Assembly: GCA_028283745.1 (NCBI GenBank)
Contig: JAPWJZ010000008.1
Span: 435,290 to 499,289 of the forward strand
DNA: 64,000 nt
Direction of reading: 5' to 3'
DNA from: Micavibrio sp.
Lineage (GTDB): Bacteria; Pseudomonadota; Alphaproteobacteria; Micavibrionales; UBA2020
In this document: positions 1-9,422 of the stretch, piece by piece
Layout: each line of letters begins with the position of its first letter
Numbering within the stretch: position 1 is the stretch's first letter
The notes under the pieces: generated by a model
Databases searched by the model: none
Seen by the model: only the letters and a program-made list of their open reading frames with translations
What the model was told of the DNA's origin: nothing
Program-made: the position numbers and the translations under genes

Positions 1-772
1 TATCATCGGCCTGAAGGAAGCGGACGGGCGCATCCGCAAGGTGGATGTCGCAACCTCCTCCGGCCTTGCGCCGTCGGAAAAAGACCGCGGGCGCGTGACC
101 GCCGTGCTGGACGAATATTTTGACAAAACCTTCGACCAGTTCACCGCTGCCGGCCGCCTGCTCAGCACGCAAACGCTGTGGACCAAGCACTGCGTACAAG
201 GTACGGACAGCAGCCTTTACCCCGACGACATGAACCTGCCGCAGGAACTGAAGGATAAACTCGCCGGTGACCTCATGAGCCGCACGGTGTACCACCGTGA
301 TGCCGCCACCGGCAACCAGTTTTACGTTGTGCGCAAAGGCGCGCAGTCGGAAGTCGACAGCTACGGCATCGGCGTCGAAAACGACGGCGAAACGCTGACC
401 GCTGCGTGGGATGTTTTCCGCGGTATCGCCCATAACCTCAAAAAACAGGGCGTGAACGATGTGATTATCAACATCGGCGGCCTTGCCACCAACTTCTGCG
501 TCGAATTTTCCGCCAACAACATCGTCGATTTTCTGGCGGGACACTTCAAGATGCGCGGCATGGAAGTGGAAACGAATTTCGTGCCGGAAATCAGCCGCGG
601 CATTCCCGTGCCGGGCGGTGCCGAAACGCCGTTCAGCCTGGCGGGTACGGAAGAGCGTCTCAGCAAGTCGCGTCATATCGGCACAACGACGGTCGATAAA
701 ATTCTGGCGATGACGTCGGGCGGCGCGCAAGCAGCGCCCGCGCCGCGCAAATTCCCCGGCATGGCAGGGTAA
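1..772 (+). CDS. pncA: nicotinamidase PncA (isochorismatase family); 5' end lies outside the window
   Basis: Reading frame is open to base 2. Motif LWTKHCVQGT resembles E. coli PncA WPDHCVQ. Catalytic-Cys motif GLATNFCV resembles GLATDYCV. Confidence 0.7.
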   Translation, partial: IIGLKEADGRIRKVDVATSSGLAPSEKDRGRVTAVLDEYFDKTFDQFTAAGRLLSTQTLWTKHCVQGTDSSLYPDDMNLPQELKDKLAGDLMSRTVYHRDAATGNQFYVVRKGAQSEVDSYGIGVENDGETLTAAWDVFRGIAHNLKKQGVNDVIINIGGLATNFCVEFSANNIVDFLAGHFKMRGMEVETNFVPEISRGIPVPGGAETPFSLAGTEERLSKSRHIGTTTVDKILAMTSGGAQAAPAPRKFPGMAG

Positions 773-774
773 CC

Positions 775-3700
775 ATGAAGACGTTCTTCCGCGGTCTTGG
801 CCCCGATGTTTCCGCCGACCTCAAGGCGGAAGGTCTGCAATACGGCGTTTCCATTGGCCGCCGCGCGCCCCTGCACCGCGTGCATGCGGATTGCATTGCG
901 GAGATTGCGGAGGCGGGTTTGACGCCCGTCATTTTCATCGGTTCCACCAACGGTGCGGACAGCCCGTTCTTCGACCCCGTCAAAAACCCGCTCACCATCG
1001 AGCAGCAGAAAGCGCAGCTGAAGGCCGCCGTGCCGCAGTATTACGACGATGCCCGCGTGCTGACGCTGGCGGACGTCGGCAACCAGGAAAAATGGTTCGA
1101 CGCGTTCTTTAAAATGTTCGACGGCACGCCCTTCAAGGGCAAATCCGCCGTGCATTACCGCACCAAGGCATCGGATGCAAAGCAGCAGGGCGGCGCCATT
1201 CGCCCGCTTTCGGAATATATGGAAGGCTTCGGCAAGCGTGGCCTGCCCGCGTGGGAATCCCACAACGCCAACCCGGCGGATGATGATATTAACGCCACCG
1301 ACATTCGCAGCTTTGACCTCCGCAACCTGTCACCGGAGCAGCGCGCGCTCATGAGCGCCCCGGAATATATCATCGCCGAGGCGGAAAAAGCCCGGCGCGA
1401 CAACCCCGATCATGCCGCGCTTGAAAAAGCGGGCGTGCCGCTCACCGTCTTCGACCTCACGCTCGATCGCCTGCGCAAAGAAGCCGGCATTTCGACCGGC
1501 GCGGTGCTGAAAGCCGCCAGCGGCGCGAGCCTGCCGGAGCTGTCTTCCGCTGTTACTCTTCTTGTCAAAGAAAACTATTCCCAAAAGGAAAATGCCATGT
1601 CGCAAAAATCAGAAGCGCAACAATTTGCCCTGAAAATTGCTTCCGCCAGCTGCAACCAGACGGGCGGCGACTGGCCCCGCAACGTTGCCAATATCTGCAA
1701 GGCGATCGACAAGGCCGTCGACGACGGCGCGGATATTCTGGCGCTCGAAGAACTGGGCCTGACCGGTTACGAGCGCGGGGATGATTTTTATTATTCCGAC
1801 AACACCAAGACGCGCGAAATGCTGCAGGTGATTGCGGATTACGCAGCGTCCAAAAATCCGAACCTCGTCATCTCCATCGGCCATCCGTGGTATTTCGCGG
1901 ATAAAGATATTCCCGACCAGCAGGAGCGCCGCAAAAGCCCGCTGTATAACCGCATCAACAACCAGTTCAACGTGCAAACGCTGCTTTCTGGCGGCGATAT
2001 TGTTTCCATGTCGGCGAAGCGCTACCTGTTCAACTATGAACGCGGCTATGAAAAGCGCCATTTTGAAGAATGGAGCGATACGCTTGCCGACCAGTACGTG
2101 AACAAGTTCGGCAAGGGACGCGACGGCACCATCATGATCGAGCTGCCGGCGATGTCTTATGCCGACGGCACGGAAGTGCCCGCCAAGGTCATCCCCTTCG
2201 GCAGCCCCGTGGTGCAGATTGGCGCGGGCGGAAAAACCGCCAACCTCACGCATATTATTTGCGAGGAATATTGGGTTGGTTCCCGCTATGACGGTTCTGC
2301 CGACAACCGCGATTACGACCGCGACAACCCGCTGGCGCAAAAAGCGCAGCGCTTTGATCTCACCGTCGCGCTCAACCCCAACGCCAGCCCGCCCGTCGCA
2401 AATAAAATTGACAAGCACTATGAACTCAGCCGCCTTGCGACGCGCCATTGCGACGTGCTGGTGCATACGGATGGCTTGGGCAGCTCCGGTTCCACCTTCG
2501 CGCAGTTCGGCAGCCGCATCATGGCGCAGAAGGGCGAGATTATTTCGGAAGGCGTGCGCGCCAGCTTTGCCGATTTCGCCTATACCAGCCAGACTGTTAT
2601 GGTGACGCCGCCGCGCGACAAAGGCCACGCGCCCCATGCGGTCATCCCGCATGATTTCGCCGTGCAGCACAGTGCCCCGCAGCAGGACGGCCCGGCGGCC
2701 TGGGAAAAATCCCCGAACCGCGAGATGGAAGAGGAAATGCGCAACGAGCTGCTCTGGCTGTTCGATTATATGCGCAAGAATAAAATTCAGGGCGTGACGC
2801 AGGCGCTTTCCGGCGGTGCGGATTCCAGCTACAACGCCGCCAAGGTGCGACTCATGGTCGACCTCGGCATTCATGAGCTGGGCGTTGAAGGCTTCATGGA
2901 CAGCATGAGCCACCTGAAGTACAAAAAGGACGTCCTCGCCGCCTACAAGACCGGCGGGGTGGATGCCGCGCGCGATGTCGTAATGGATAATATCCTGACC
3001 TGCGTGTACATGGGCACCGACAACAGCTCGGAAGATACGCTGCGGGCCGCGAAAACGCTCGTCGAAGGCGGCGTGGATGCGAACGGCAAGCCGTTCAAAG
3101 GCATCGGCGGCAAGTTCCAGTACCGCAACGTGCAGCGGCTGGTTGAGGTCTATGCCGAAATTTTTGCGGGCGTGAACCCCGGGCAGATTTCGGATGAGCG
3201 CGATGCTGAAATCCGCCGCGAAATCGCGGGCGTGCTGCGCCTGCGCAAGGAAGAAACCAGCCCCGAAGAACTCGACCGCCGCGTGCATGTGCTGAAAAGC
3301 ACGTTCGAAGAAGTGGCTTACGATGTGCTGTCGACCGCGAAAGACGAACATTCGATTGCGTATGAAAATATTCAGGCGCGCCTCCGCCAGGTTCTTATCA
3401 TGCTGTTCTCGAACGTCGAGAATAAAATCGCCATTTCAAACCCCAACCTTGATGAAGGGCGCAATTCGTATGCGACCTGGGGCGGTGATTTGCATGGCGG
3501 CATGATTTCCGGCAACGCGCATAAAAACAAGCAGCGCCAGCTTGACCACATGCAGCTGTTGCATGATGTGGGGCTTGAGGGCGTAGCGCCCGTGACGGGC
3601 CTTTACTGGGCGCTGAAAAACCGCCCCTCCGCCGAATTGCAGCCGAAGTCGAAAGACGGCAAGGTCACGCAGTTCGATGAAGACCAGCTGGGCCGCACCT

Positions 3701-4347
3701 TCACGCAGATGGATGTTATTTCGCACTTCATGCTCTACGACCGCCCGTCGGCGCAGGATGAGCGCAAGAACAACGCCATCGAAGTCTTCCAGAAATGCCA
3801 GCAGCACCCGGCCTTCGCGGGTGACAGCATTGAAACGCTGCATGACCGCATTCGCCTCTCCTACGAAAAATGGGCGCATGCGCAGTTCAAGGTGCATGGC
3901 AGCCCCATTGCCGCGACGTATGGCAAGAACATCGACCATCAGTCAAGCTTGCGCACGCCCAACATCGGCTCCTTCCACAAGCCGGAACTGGCGCAGCTGG
4001 CGGTTTTCGCGCTCGACCAGATGGCAGCGCGCGATGGGTCGTCGTTTGAAAAGCTCACCGGCGGGCAGACGCTGAAGTCCATGCTCTCCCGCACGTTGCT
4101 GGATGAAGAATTTGCAAACGGCATCGTGGCGAAAATGTGGACGCCTGCGGCGAATGACGGGCGCAAAATGAAGGTCGGCACGCTGTATAACTATATCCAG
4201 CAAAACGGCTTTGCCGCTTTCGCCGCGCCCACCAAAATGTCCGGCATCTTCCAGGCGGCGGCGGAATACCGCAAGCAGCAGGCCGCCAATGTCAGCAACA
4301 ACAACGGCAAAACCGCGCGCAAGAAAACGGCCGCACCCGGAATGTGA
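775..4347 (+). CDS. nadE: fusion protein: NaMN/NMN adenylyltransferase-like N-domain + glutamine-dependent NAD+ synthetase (nitrilase/CN-hydrolase domain + PP-loop NAD synthase domain)
   Basis: 1190 aa. N-terminal ~270 aa carries PLHRVH (HxGH-like) and INATDIRS (ISSTxIR-like) nucleotidyltransferase motifs. It then has a CN-hydrolase region (ILALEELGLTGY) and an SGGADS PP-loop. ATG sits 3 nt after the pncA stop. Confidence 0.75.
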   Translation: MKTFFRGLGPDVSADLKAEGLQYGVSIGRRAPLHRVHADCIAEIAEAGLTPVIFIGSTNGADSPFFDPVKNPLTIEQQKAQLKAAVPQYYDDARVLTLADVGNQEKWFDAFFKMFDGTPFKGKSAVHYRTKASDAKQQGGAIRPLSEYMEGFGKRGLPAWESHNANPADDDINATDIRSFDLRNLSPEQRALMSAPEYIIAEAEKARRDNPDHAALEKAGVPLTVFDLTLDRLRKEAGISTGAVLKAASGASLPELSSAVTLLVKENYSQKENAMSQKSEAQQFALKIASASCNQTGGDWPRNVANICKAIDKAVDDGADILALEELGLTGYERGDDFYYSDNTKTREMLQVIADYAASKNPNLVISIGHPWYFADKDIPDQQERRKSPLYNRINNQFNVQTLLSGGDIVSMSAKRYLFNYERGYEKRHFEEWSDTLADQYVNKFGKGRDGTIMIELPAMSYADGTEVPAKVIPFGSPVVQIGAGGKTANLTHIICEEYWVGSRYDGSADNRDYDRDNPLAQKAQRFDLTVALNPNASPPVANKIDKHYELSRLATRHCDVLVHTDGLGSSGSTFAQFGSRIMAQKGEIISEGVRASFADFAYTSQTVMVTPPRDKGHAPHAVIPHDFAVQHSAPQQDGPAAWEKSPNREMEEEMRNELLWLFDYMRKNKIQGVTQALSGGADSSYNAAKVRLMVDLGIHELGVEGFMDSMSHLKYKKDVLAAYKTGGVDAARDVVMDNILTCVYMGTDNSSEDTLRAAKTLVEGGVDANGKPFKGIGGKFQYRNVQRLVEVYAEIFAGVNPGQISDERDAEIRREIAGVLRLRKEETSPEELDRRVHVLKSTFEEVAYDVLSTAKDEHSIAYENIQARLRQVLIMLFSNVENKIAISNPNLDEGRNSYATWGGDLHGGMISGNAHKNKQRQLDHMQLLHDVGLEGVAPVTGLYWALKNRPSAELQPKSKDGKVTQFDEDQLGRTFTQMDVISHFMLYDRPSAQDERKNNAIEVFQKCQQHPAFAGDSIETLHDRIRLSYEKWAHAQFKVHGSPIAATYGKNIDHQSSLRTPNIGSFHKPELAQLAVFALDQMAARDGSSFEKLTGGQTLKSMLSRTLLDEEFANGIVAKMWTPAANDGRKMKVGTLYNYIQQNGFAAFAAPTKMSGIFQAAAEYRKQQAANVSNNNGKTARKKTAAPGM

Positions 4348-4350
4348 TGC
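4324..4350. repeat. 27-nt direct repeat copy 1 (aaaacggccgcacccggaatgtgatgc); it overlaps the last codons of nadE
   Basis: Exact 27/27 match to 5078..5104. Confidence 0.85.
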
Positions 4351-4366
4351 AATAAATGGCTTATTG
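4348..4366. terminator. short hairpin GCAATAA-ATGGC-TTATTGC between convergent nadE and the second Yip1 paralog
   Basis: 7-bp inverted repeat seen in sequence. No strong U-run. Confidence 0.3.
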
Positions 4367-5028
4367 CTAAGGGCCGCTCATCGCCGCCGCCATCATGAAT
4401 AGGGCGAAGGCGAGGCTAATGATGAGTGCGGCGGCGGGCACAAAAAGGGCAATCCTGGTCGCACTTCCTCCCGTTACGCGCGGCACACCGAGGTAGATTA
4501 GATATACTGCGTAAAGCGTGAAGATTACAGGCATGCCTAAAATGAGGAAGTAGAGGGGGGTGCCGATGTGTTCGACGTAAGGCCGGAAAGCGGAATGACG
4601 GTCGAACAAAAAACGGTCGGCTAGGCCAGATAATACGGGCATGAATGCTTTTGACAGGTAGTAGGGCGTGGACGCGTAGATAATAAGCTTGTATCGCTGT
4701 ACTGTTTCCAGTCCGTCATCCCTTTTCGGGGTAAAAAGTGCTGTAATGCCGCTTGAAATGGCAACCAACATCACGCCCGTTAACGTGTAAAGAATTACCG
4801 AGATGACCCAATCACCGACGCGTGCATGGTTTTTCTGTGTCACTATTTGCAAGGCGGCGGCTGCCGCGTTAATGACGAAAAGCAGAGGGATGAAATATTC
4901 AAAATAAAGCTTTTTGACGGTCGTTTGCTCTGCCGCAATTTCTTCCCACTCACGCCTTGGGCGAGAAATGATGTTTTTGGCGCGAAGCGCTATCTTTATG
5001 AAGTCGACGTCGATGCTGCTGCCCATGA
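4367..5028 (-). CDS. Yip1-domain integral membrane protein (paralog 2 of tandem pair)
   Basis: N-terminus (IISRPRREWEEIAAE) is paralogous to the upstream gene (IILKPAAEWDKIAGE). Multi-TM C-terminal region. Start set at Met98 of the 316-aa track ORF, because the upstream part overlaps paralog 1. Confidence 0.6.
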
Positions 5029-5077
5029 GATGCCTGTTGGTGATGCCTGTTGCTGTGAATAATGCGCTATCTATTAA

Positions 5078-5113
5078 AAAACGGCCGCACCCGGAATGTG
5101 ATGCGGCCGTTTT
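5078..5113 (-). terminator. 12-bp-stem hairpin (AAAACGGCCGCA...TGCGGCCGTTTT) containing 27-nt repeat copy 2, between the two Yip1 paralogs
   Basis: Perfect inverted repeat with A/T runs on both flanks, lying between 5137 (paralog 1 stop) and the 5026-5028 start codon of paralog 2. Confidence 0.55.
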
Positions 5114-5136
5114 AAAGCGGTTAAGTTGTTTGAAGT

Positions 5137-5694
5137 CTAGCGGGCGAGTGCCATGCCCACAGCCATAACGACGGCGGTCACAACCAGCGCCACCACGGTC
5201 ATGATGACAGCGTTGCTTTGCGGCACTTTTGCCAGTTTCGGCACGCCGATATAGAACAGGTACAGGCCGTACAGTGCGCCAAGGCCTGCAAGCCCGCCAA
5301 GCGACGGCAGAATCCACAGCACGCCCGCAATCCAGCCGGGAGTGGACGAATAAATTGCCAGTTTAAAAGCCTGCTCCTGGTTGCCGTCACCCTGTAGTTT
5401 CGGCGCCAGCTGGCTGACGACAAAGCCGAGAACGCCGACGGCGGCAAGGCTCATCACATAGGTCGTGATCGCAGCGCCCAGCGCGCCGACCAGATGCGCA
5501 TGCAGGAAAAGAACCATGCCGACAAAGCTGCACACTGCGGGAATAGCGGCGAGGATAATGGCGTAGTTCAGGTATAGCCCCTTGATGCTGGCGGCTTCAC
5601 CGGCAATTTTGTCCCATTCGGCGGCGGGTTTCAAAATGATGTTCTTGGCGCGCTCGATAATGTTGTTGATGCGCGCGTCATTGGTGACAGACAT
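5137..5694 (-). CDS. Yip1-domain integral membrane protein (paralog 1)
   Basis: 185 aa. Soluble N-terminal segment followed by a Gly/Ala-rich multi-TM region typical of the Yip1/DUF1282 family. Confidence 0.65.
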   Translation of the reverse strand: MSVTNDARINNIIERAKNIILKPAAEWDKIAGEAASIKGLYLNYAIILAAIPAVCSFVGMVLFLHAHLVGALGAAITTYVMSLAAVGVLGFVVSQLAPKLQGDGNQEQAFKLAIYSSTPGWIAGVLWILPSLGGLAGLGALYGLYLFYIGVPKLAKVPQSNAVIMTVVALVVTAVVMAVGMALAR

Positions 5695-5968
5695 GGCGTT
5701 TCCTTCGCAAGGGGTTGATTTTAAATCTTGAAACGCAGCTTAGCACGCCGGTGCGGGCGCGCCAGTGCCCGTATTTACATTCAACTTTACATTCAGTCGG
5801 GCGGGCGCATGTTTGCCGTAAATTGCGCCGCGCCGCGTTATGCAACAACTTTCGGAAAAGTCATAATGCAGTGCATCATTTTTCCATGAAAAGCTTGGCA
5901 TTCCGCATCCGAATCCCTATATAGTCCGTCTACCAATCTTTCCTTCCCTGTAAGCAGGTGTCTCTGAA

Positions 5969-7465
5969 ATGTGCGGCGTTATTGGCATCATCGGCCCTGA
6001 AGAAATCGGCGGTCGAGGAGTGTCCTGCGCCGCGGCATATGATGCCTATCGCGGTCTTCTGGCGCTCCAGCACCGCGGGCAGGACGCCGCCGGCATTCTT
6101 TCCTACGACAATGTCAGCCGCATGTTCGCTATGGAAAAAGACCTTGGCCTTGTTGCCAATGTCTTCAGCCAGCAAAAAATCGAAAAGCTCAATGGTTACA
6201 TGGCGATCGGCCATACGCGCTACGCCACTGCCGGCAGCGACGGCAAGCGCGACATCCAGCCGATGGTGGAGGGAATCCCCTTCGGCCTCGGCATGGTCCA
6301 CAACGGCAATACACTCAATTATTATAGCCTGAAGAACCAGCTGTCGGATGATTTCCGCCGCCAGCTGCTGACCGGCAACGATCTTGAAGTGCTGATCCAT
6401 TACTTCGGTCACTTCCTTATGAACGGTCAGCCCATGCCGACCGAAAGCACCTTCAGCTTTGAAAATATCAAGCAGGCCGCAGGGCAGATGTTCGATACCG
6501 TCATCGGCGGCTATGCCGTACTGGGGCTGATGGCAGGGCAGGGGCTTGTCGCCTTCCGGGACCCAAAGGGCATCCGCCCGCTTGCGCTGGGCGTGCGCGA
6601 AAACGAAGACGGCACCAAGGTCTGGATTTTGGCATCCGAAACCATTGCCATGACCTACCTTGGCTACAAATACCTGCGCGATGTTGAGCCCGGCGAAGTC
6701 ATATACATTGATACCAAAGGCAACTTCCAAAGCGCGATTGTACGCAAAGACCCGGAGCGCGCGCAGTGCTTCTTTGAATGGGTGTACTTTTCCGGCGCGG
6801 AAAGCGCGATTGACCACCACCCCGTTTACGGCGTGCGCCTGAAGTTCGGCGAGCGCCTTGGCATGAAGGCCCGCGCCGCCATTGAAGCCGCCGAAATTTG
6901 CCCCGATGTGGTCATGCCCGTGCCGGATACCAGCCGCACCGCCGCCATTTCCGTCGCGGATAGTTTGAAATTGCCGTACCGCGAAGGCCTCATTAAAAAC
7001 CGCTACGTCGCCCGCAGCTTTATTTTGAGCAACCAGGACAAGCGCGACCACGCGGTTGAATTGAAGCTTTCGCCCATCGTCGGCGAAATCGAAGGCAAAA
7101 GCATCTTCCTCGTGGATGACAGCATTGTGCGCGGCACCACCTCCAAGCGCATCGTGTCGCTGCTGAAAAAATACGGCGCGAAGGAAGTGACGCTCGGCAT
7201 CACCTGCCCGCCCATTCGGCACCCGTGTTTCTACGGCATCGACTTCCCCGACAGCGCGGATTTGCTGGCGCATGACAAAACGGCGGAACAGCTGGCCGAA
7301 TTCATCGGCGTCAAAAAAGTCATTTATCTTGACGAAGAAGATATGCGCGCCGCCATCGGCATCCAGAAGCTGTGCATGGCCTGCGTCGACAAAAAATACC
7401 CGACCGCGGTTGCGGAAGGGGAGCTTTATTCCCGCGAACGTAAAAAAGCGCGAGCCGCCAGCTAA
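5969..7465 (+). CDS. purF: amidophosphoribosyltransferase
   Basis: N-terminal MCGVIGI (Cys1 nucleophile). Ntn-GATase and PRTase domains. Confidence 0.95.
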   Translation: MCGVIGIIGPEEIGGRGVSCAAAYDAYRGLLALQHRGQDAAGILSYDNVSRMFAMEKDLGLVANVFSQQKIEKLNGYMAIGHTRYATAGSDGKRDIQPMVEGIPFGLGMVHNGNTLNYYSLKNQLSDDFRRQLLTGNDLEVLIHYFGHFLMNGQPMPTESTFSFENIKQAAGQMFDTVIGGYAVLGLMAGQGLVAFRDPKGIRPLALGVRENEDGTKVWILASETIAMTYLGYKYLRDVEPGEVIYIDTKGNFQSAIVRKDPERAQCFFEWVYFSGAESAIDHHPVYGVRLKFGERLGMKARAAIEAAEICPDVVMPVPDTSRTAAISVADSLKLPYREGLIKNRYVARSFILSNQDKRDHAVELKLSPIVGEIEGKSIFLVDDSIVRGTTSKRIVSLLKKYGAKEVTLGITCPPIRHPCFYGIDFPDSADLLAHDKTAEQLAEFIGVKKVIYLDEEDMRAAIGIQKLCMACVDKKYPTAVAEGELYSRERKKARAAS

Positions 7466-7491
7466 CATTTCTTTTTAAGGAGACGGTACGA

Positions 7492-8247
7492 ATGAAAGTT
7501 TTTGTGGTCTTCGGCAGTAAATCTGACGACAACGTGCAAGGCCCGCTCGCCGACGCGTTGAAAAAAGATTTCGACGTTACAAGCGAAGTCATTTCCGCCC
7601 ACCGCGATCTTGAAAAGCTGCAAAGCCGTATGGCGGAATGGCAGGGGCATGCCTATATCGCGGGCGCTGGCCTTGCCGCCGCGCTGCCCGGCGTTGTTGC
7701 CGCCATGACCAACCTGCCGGTCTTCGGCGTGCCGGTGCCCAACCAGTTCGGCGGACTTGATTCCCTCGGCTCCATCGCGCAAATGCCGCCGGGCGTGCCG
7801 GTGATTACCGCAGGGCCCGCCAGCACCGCGCCCATCGTGCAGTTCCTGAAGCAATACAAGGAATCCAAAGTCAACTTCGCGAAAATCAACTTCGTCGCGC
7901 GCAGCGAAGCGCTGCTGAAACACCCGGAGCTGCTGGCCGACGTTGAAAAAGCCCGCCTTGCCGCAGCTGACAAAGGCGGGGAAGTGACGCTGTCGGGTTC
8001 CGAAAGTCCGGATGCTTTCAACGTGCGGATGGTGGCGGATGAAAGCCATATCCGCGCCGATGCGTTTTGCCTGCACGTGCCCTTCGTTGAGAAGGCCAAC
8101 GTGCAAAAGCCTGAAACCTACCTCACGCTGCTGGCCTGGGCCAACAAGGGCGGCCTTTGGGTGGGAGCCAACAATACCCGCAATGCCGTTCATTCCGCGC
8201 TGCGCCTGAATGGCGCCGCCAAAATTGCAAAAGAAAGGGCTGCCTGA
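7492..8247 (+). CDS. purE: PurE-type (N5-)CAIR mutase/AIR carboxylase catalytic subunit with ~85-aa C-terminal extension
   Basis: VVFGSKSD..SAHRDLEKL..AGAGLAAALPG..GVPV motifs; 251 aa against the usual ~165. Confidence 0.8.
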   Translation: MKVFVVFGSKSDDNVQGPLADALKKDFDVTSEVISAHRDLEKLQSRMAEWQGHAYIAGAGLAAALPGVVAAMTNLPVFGVPVPNQFGGLDSLGSIAQMPPGVPVITAGPASTAPIVQFLKQYKESKVNFAKINFVARSEALLKHPELLADVEKARLAAADKGGEVTLSGSESPDAFNVRMVADESHIRADAFCLHVPFVEKANVQKPETYLTLLAWANKGGLWVGANNTRNAVHSALRLNGAAKIAKERAA

Positions 8248-9422
8248 TGCTGCCGGAAATTATTTACGAAGGTTCTGTCAAAAACGTGCGCGGCGAAAAA
8301 GACAAAGCGCCCTACATTTTTGAATTCTCCGACCGCTATTCCATTTTCGACTGGGGCCAGATGCCCGATATGCTGACGGATAAAGGCGCATCGCTCGCCT
8401 TCATGGGCTGGTTCTTTTTCGATTACCTCGGCAAGCCCGAAACCTGGCAAAACTGGCAGGCGCCGGACAACGTGAAAAATGACGCCGCCCTCGTGCGCCT
8501 GCGCGCCAAGGGCCTGTCGCATCACGCGCTTGGCCTTGTCGACCATGACAGCAAGCAAATTCCGCTGGAGCGTGAATACATTTCCCCCACGCGCTGCCTT
8601 GCCGTGCAGCCGGTTACGGTCTTGAACCCCGAAAGCAGCGTCGTAGACGGCAAGCTGCTGTGGGATTACACGCCCTACAAGGCGCAGCCTGAAAACGCGC
8701 TGGTGCCGCTTGAAGTCATCTTCCGCTTCGGCGTGCCGGAAGGCTCGTCCCTTCTGCAGCGCACGGGGGATGCCGCTTATTGCAAGGCCATCGGCCTTGA
8801 TAAAGCGCCCAAAGCCGGCGACACGTTTACGGTGCCGGTTGTCGAATTTTCGACCAAGCTTGAAACGTCGGACCGTTACCTCAGCTACGCGGATGCGCAA
8901 GGCATCGCATCGCTGAACGATGATGAATTCACCGCGCTTCAGCAAATCTCCCGCCTTGTCTCCCTGCGCCTGAAAGACTGCTTTGCCGAAATCGGCATTG
9001 AGCTGTGGGATGGCAAGCTTGAATTTGCCTTTGGCAAACGCCAGGCCGACGGCATGCGCGACTTCATGCTGGTGGATTCCATCGGCCCCGATGAACTGCG
9101 CCTGATTAAGGATGGCCAGCACCTTTCCAAGGAAGCCCTGCGCGGCTTCTACCGTCCCACCAGCTGGTACGCCGCCATTGAAACCGGCAAGGCGCTGGCA
9201 AAAGAACGCGGCGAAAAAGACTGGAAGAAAATCTGCACCGATGAATTGAAGTCCGTGCCGCCGCTGCTGGCCCCTGCGGTGAAGCAGCGTGTCGAGATGA
9301 TTTATAAAGGCATTGCCACGGCGCTGTCTGAAAAGTTCTGCGGCGGCCGTGTCTTTGCGGATGCCTGGAGCCTTGATGATGTCGTCAAGCAGGTGCAGGC
9401 GAAAAAGCAGGAAGTCGCGTAA
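8247..9422 (+). CDS. purC: SAICAR synthetase (long form)
   Basis: IYEGSVKNV and FEFSDRYSIFDW motifs. The start overlaps the purE stop (TGATG). The track ORF 8157 is an upstream extension. Confidence 0.85.
   Translation: MLPEIIYEGSVKNVRGEKDKAPYIFEFSDRYSIFDWGQMPDMLTDKGASLAFMGWFFFDYLGKPETWQNWQAPDNVKNDAALVRLRAKGLSHHALGLVDHDSKQIPLEREYISPTRCLAVQPVTVLNPESSVVDGKLLWDYTPYKAQPENALVPLEVIFRFGVPEGSSLLQRTGDAAYCKAIGLDKAPKAGDTFTVPVVEFSTKLETSDRYLSYADAQGIASLNDDEFTALQQISRLVSLRLKDCFAEIGIELWDGKLEFAFGKRQADGMRDFMLVDSIGPDELRLIKDGQHLSKEALRGFYRPTSWYAAIETGKALAKERGEKDWKKICTDELKSVPPLLAPAVKQRVEMIYKGIATALSEKFCGGRVFADAWSLDDVVKQVQAKKQEVA

Noticed and set aside
1609-3351. 580-aa minus-strand ORF inside nadE. Similar long antisense ORFs: 5930..7468, 8190..9557, 11867..12958, 13016..14617, 15384..16736, 19114..19989, 21225..22103, 25118..25804, 31187..32971, 36500..37642, 40535..41212, 41706..42671, 43702..44244, 61048..61791, 62495..63208
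   Set aside because: They lie entirely antisense to well-supported genes in a ~60% GC sequence, where stop codons are rare. They show no protein-like motifs and have low-complexity Arg/Ala/Gly-rich translations.
5695-5968. ZTP (pfl) or purine riboswitch upstream of purF
   Set aside because: No recognisable conserved pfl or purine aptamer core by eye. Left as unchecked rather than called.
8157-8246. Upstream extensions of purC (8157), purN (10647), the FecR-like gene (36257), aceB (36924), DUF1328 (59688), response regulator (33634 start) and mntP (18371 start) in the ORF track
   Set aside because: Extensions overlap the preceding gene or lack family-conserved N-termini. Starts were moved to positions matching conserved N-termini and RBS spacing.
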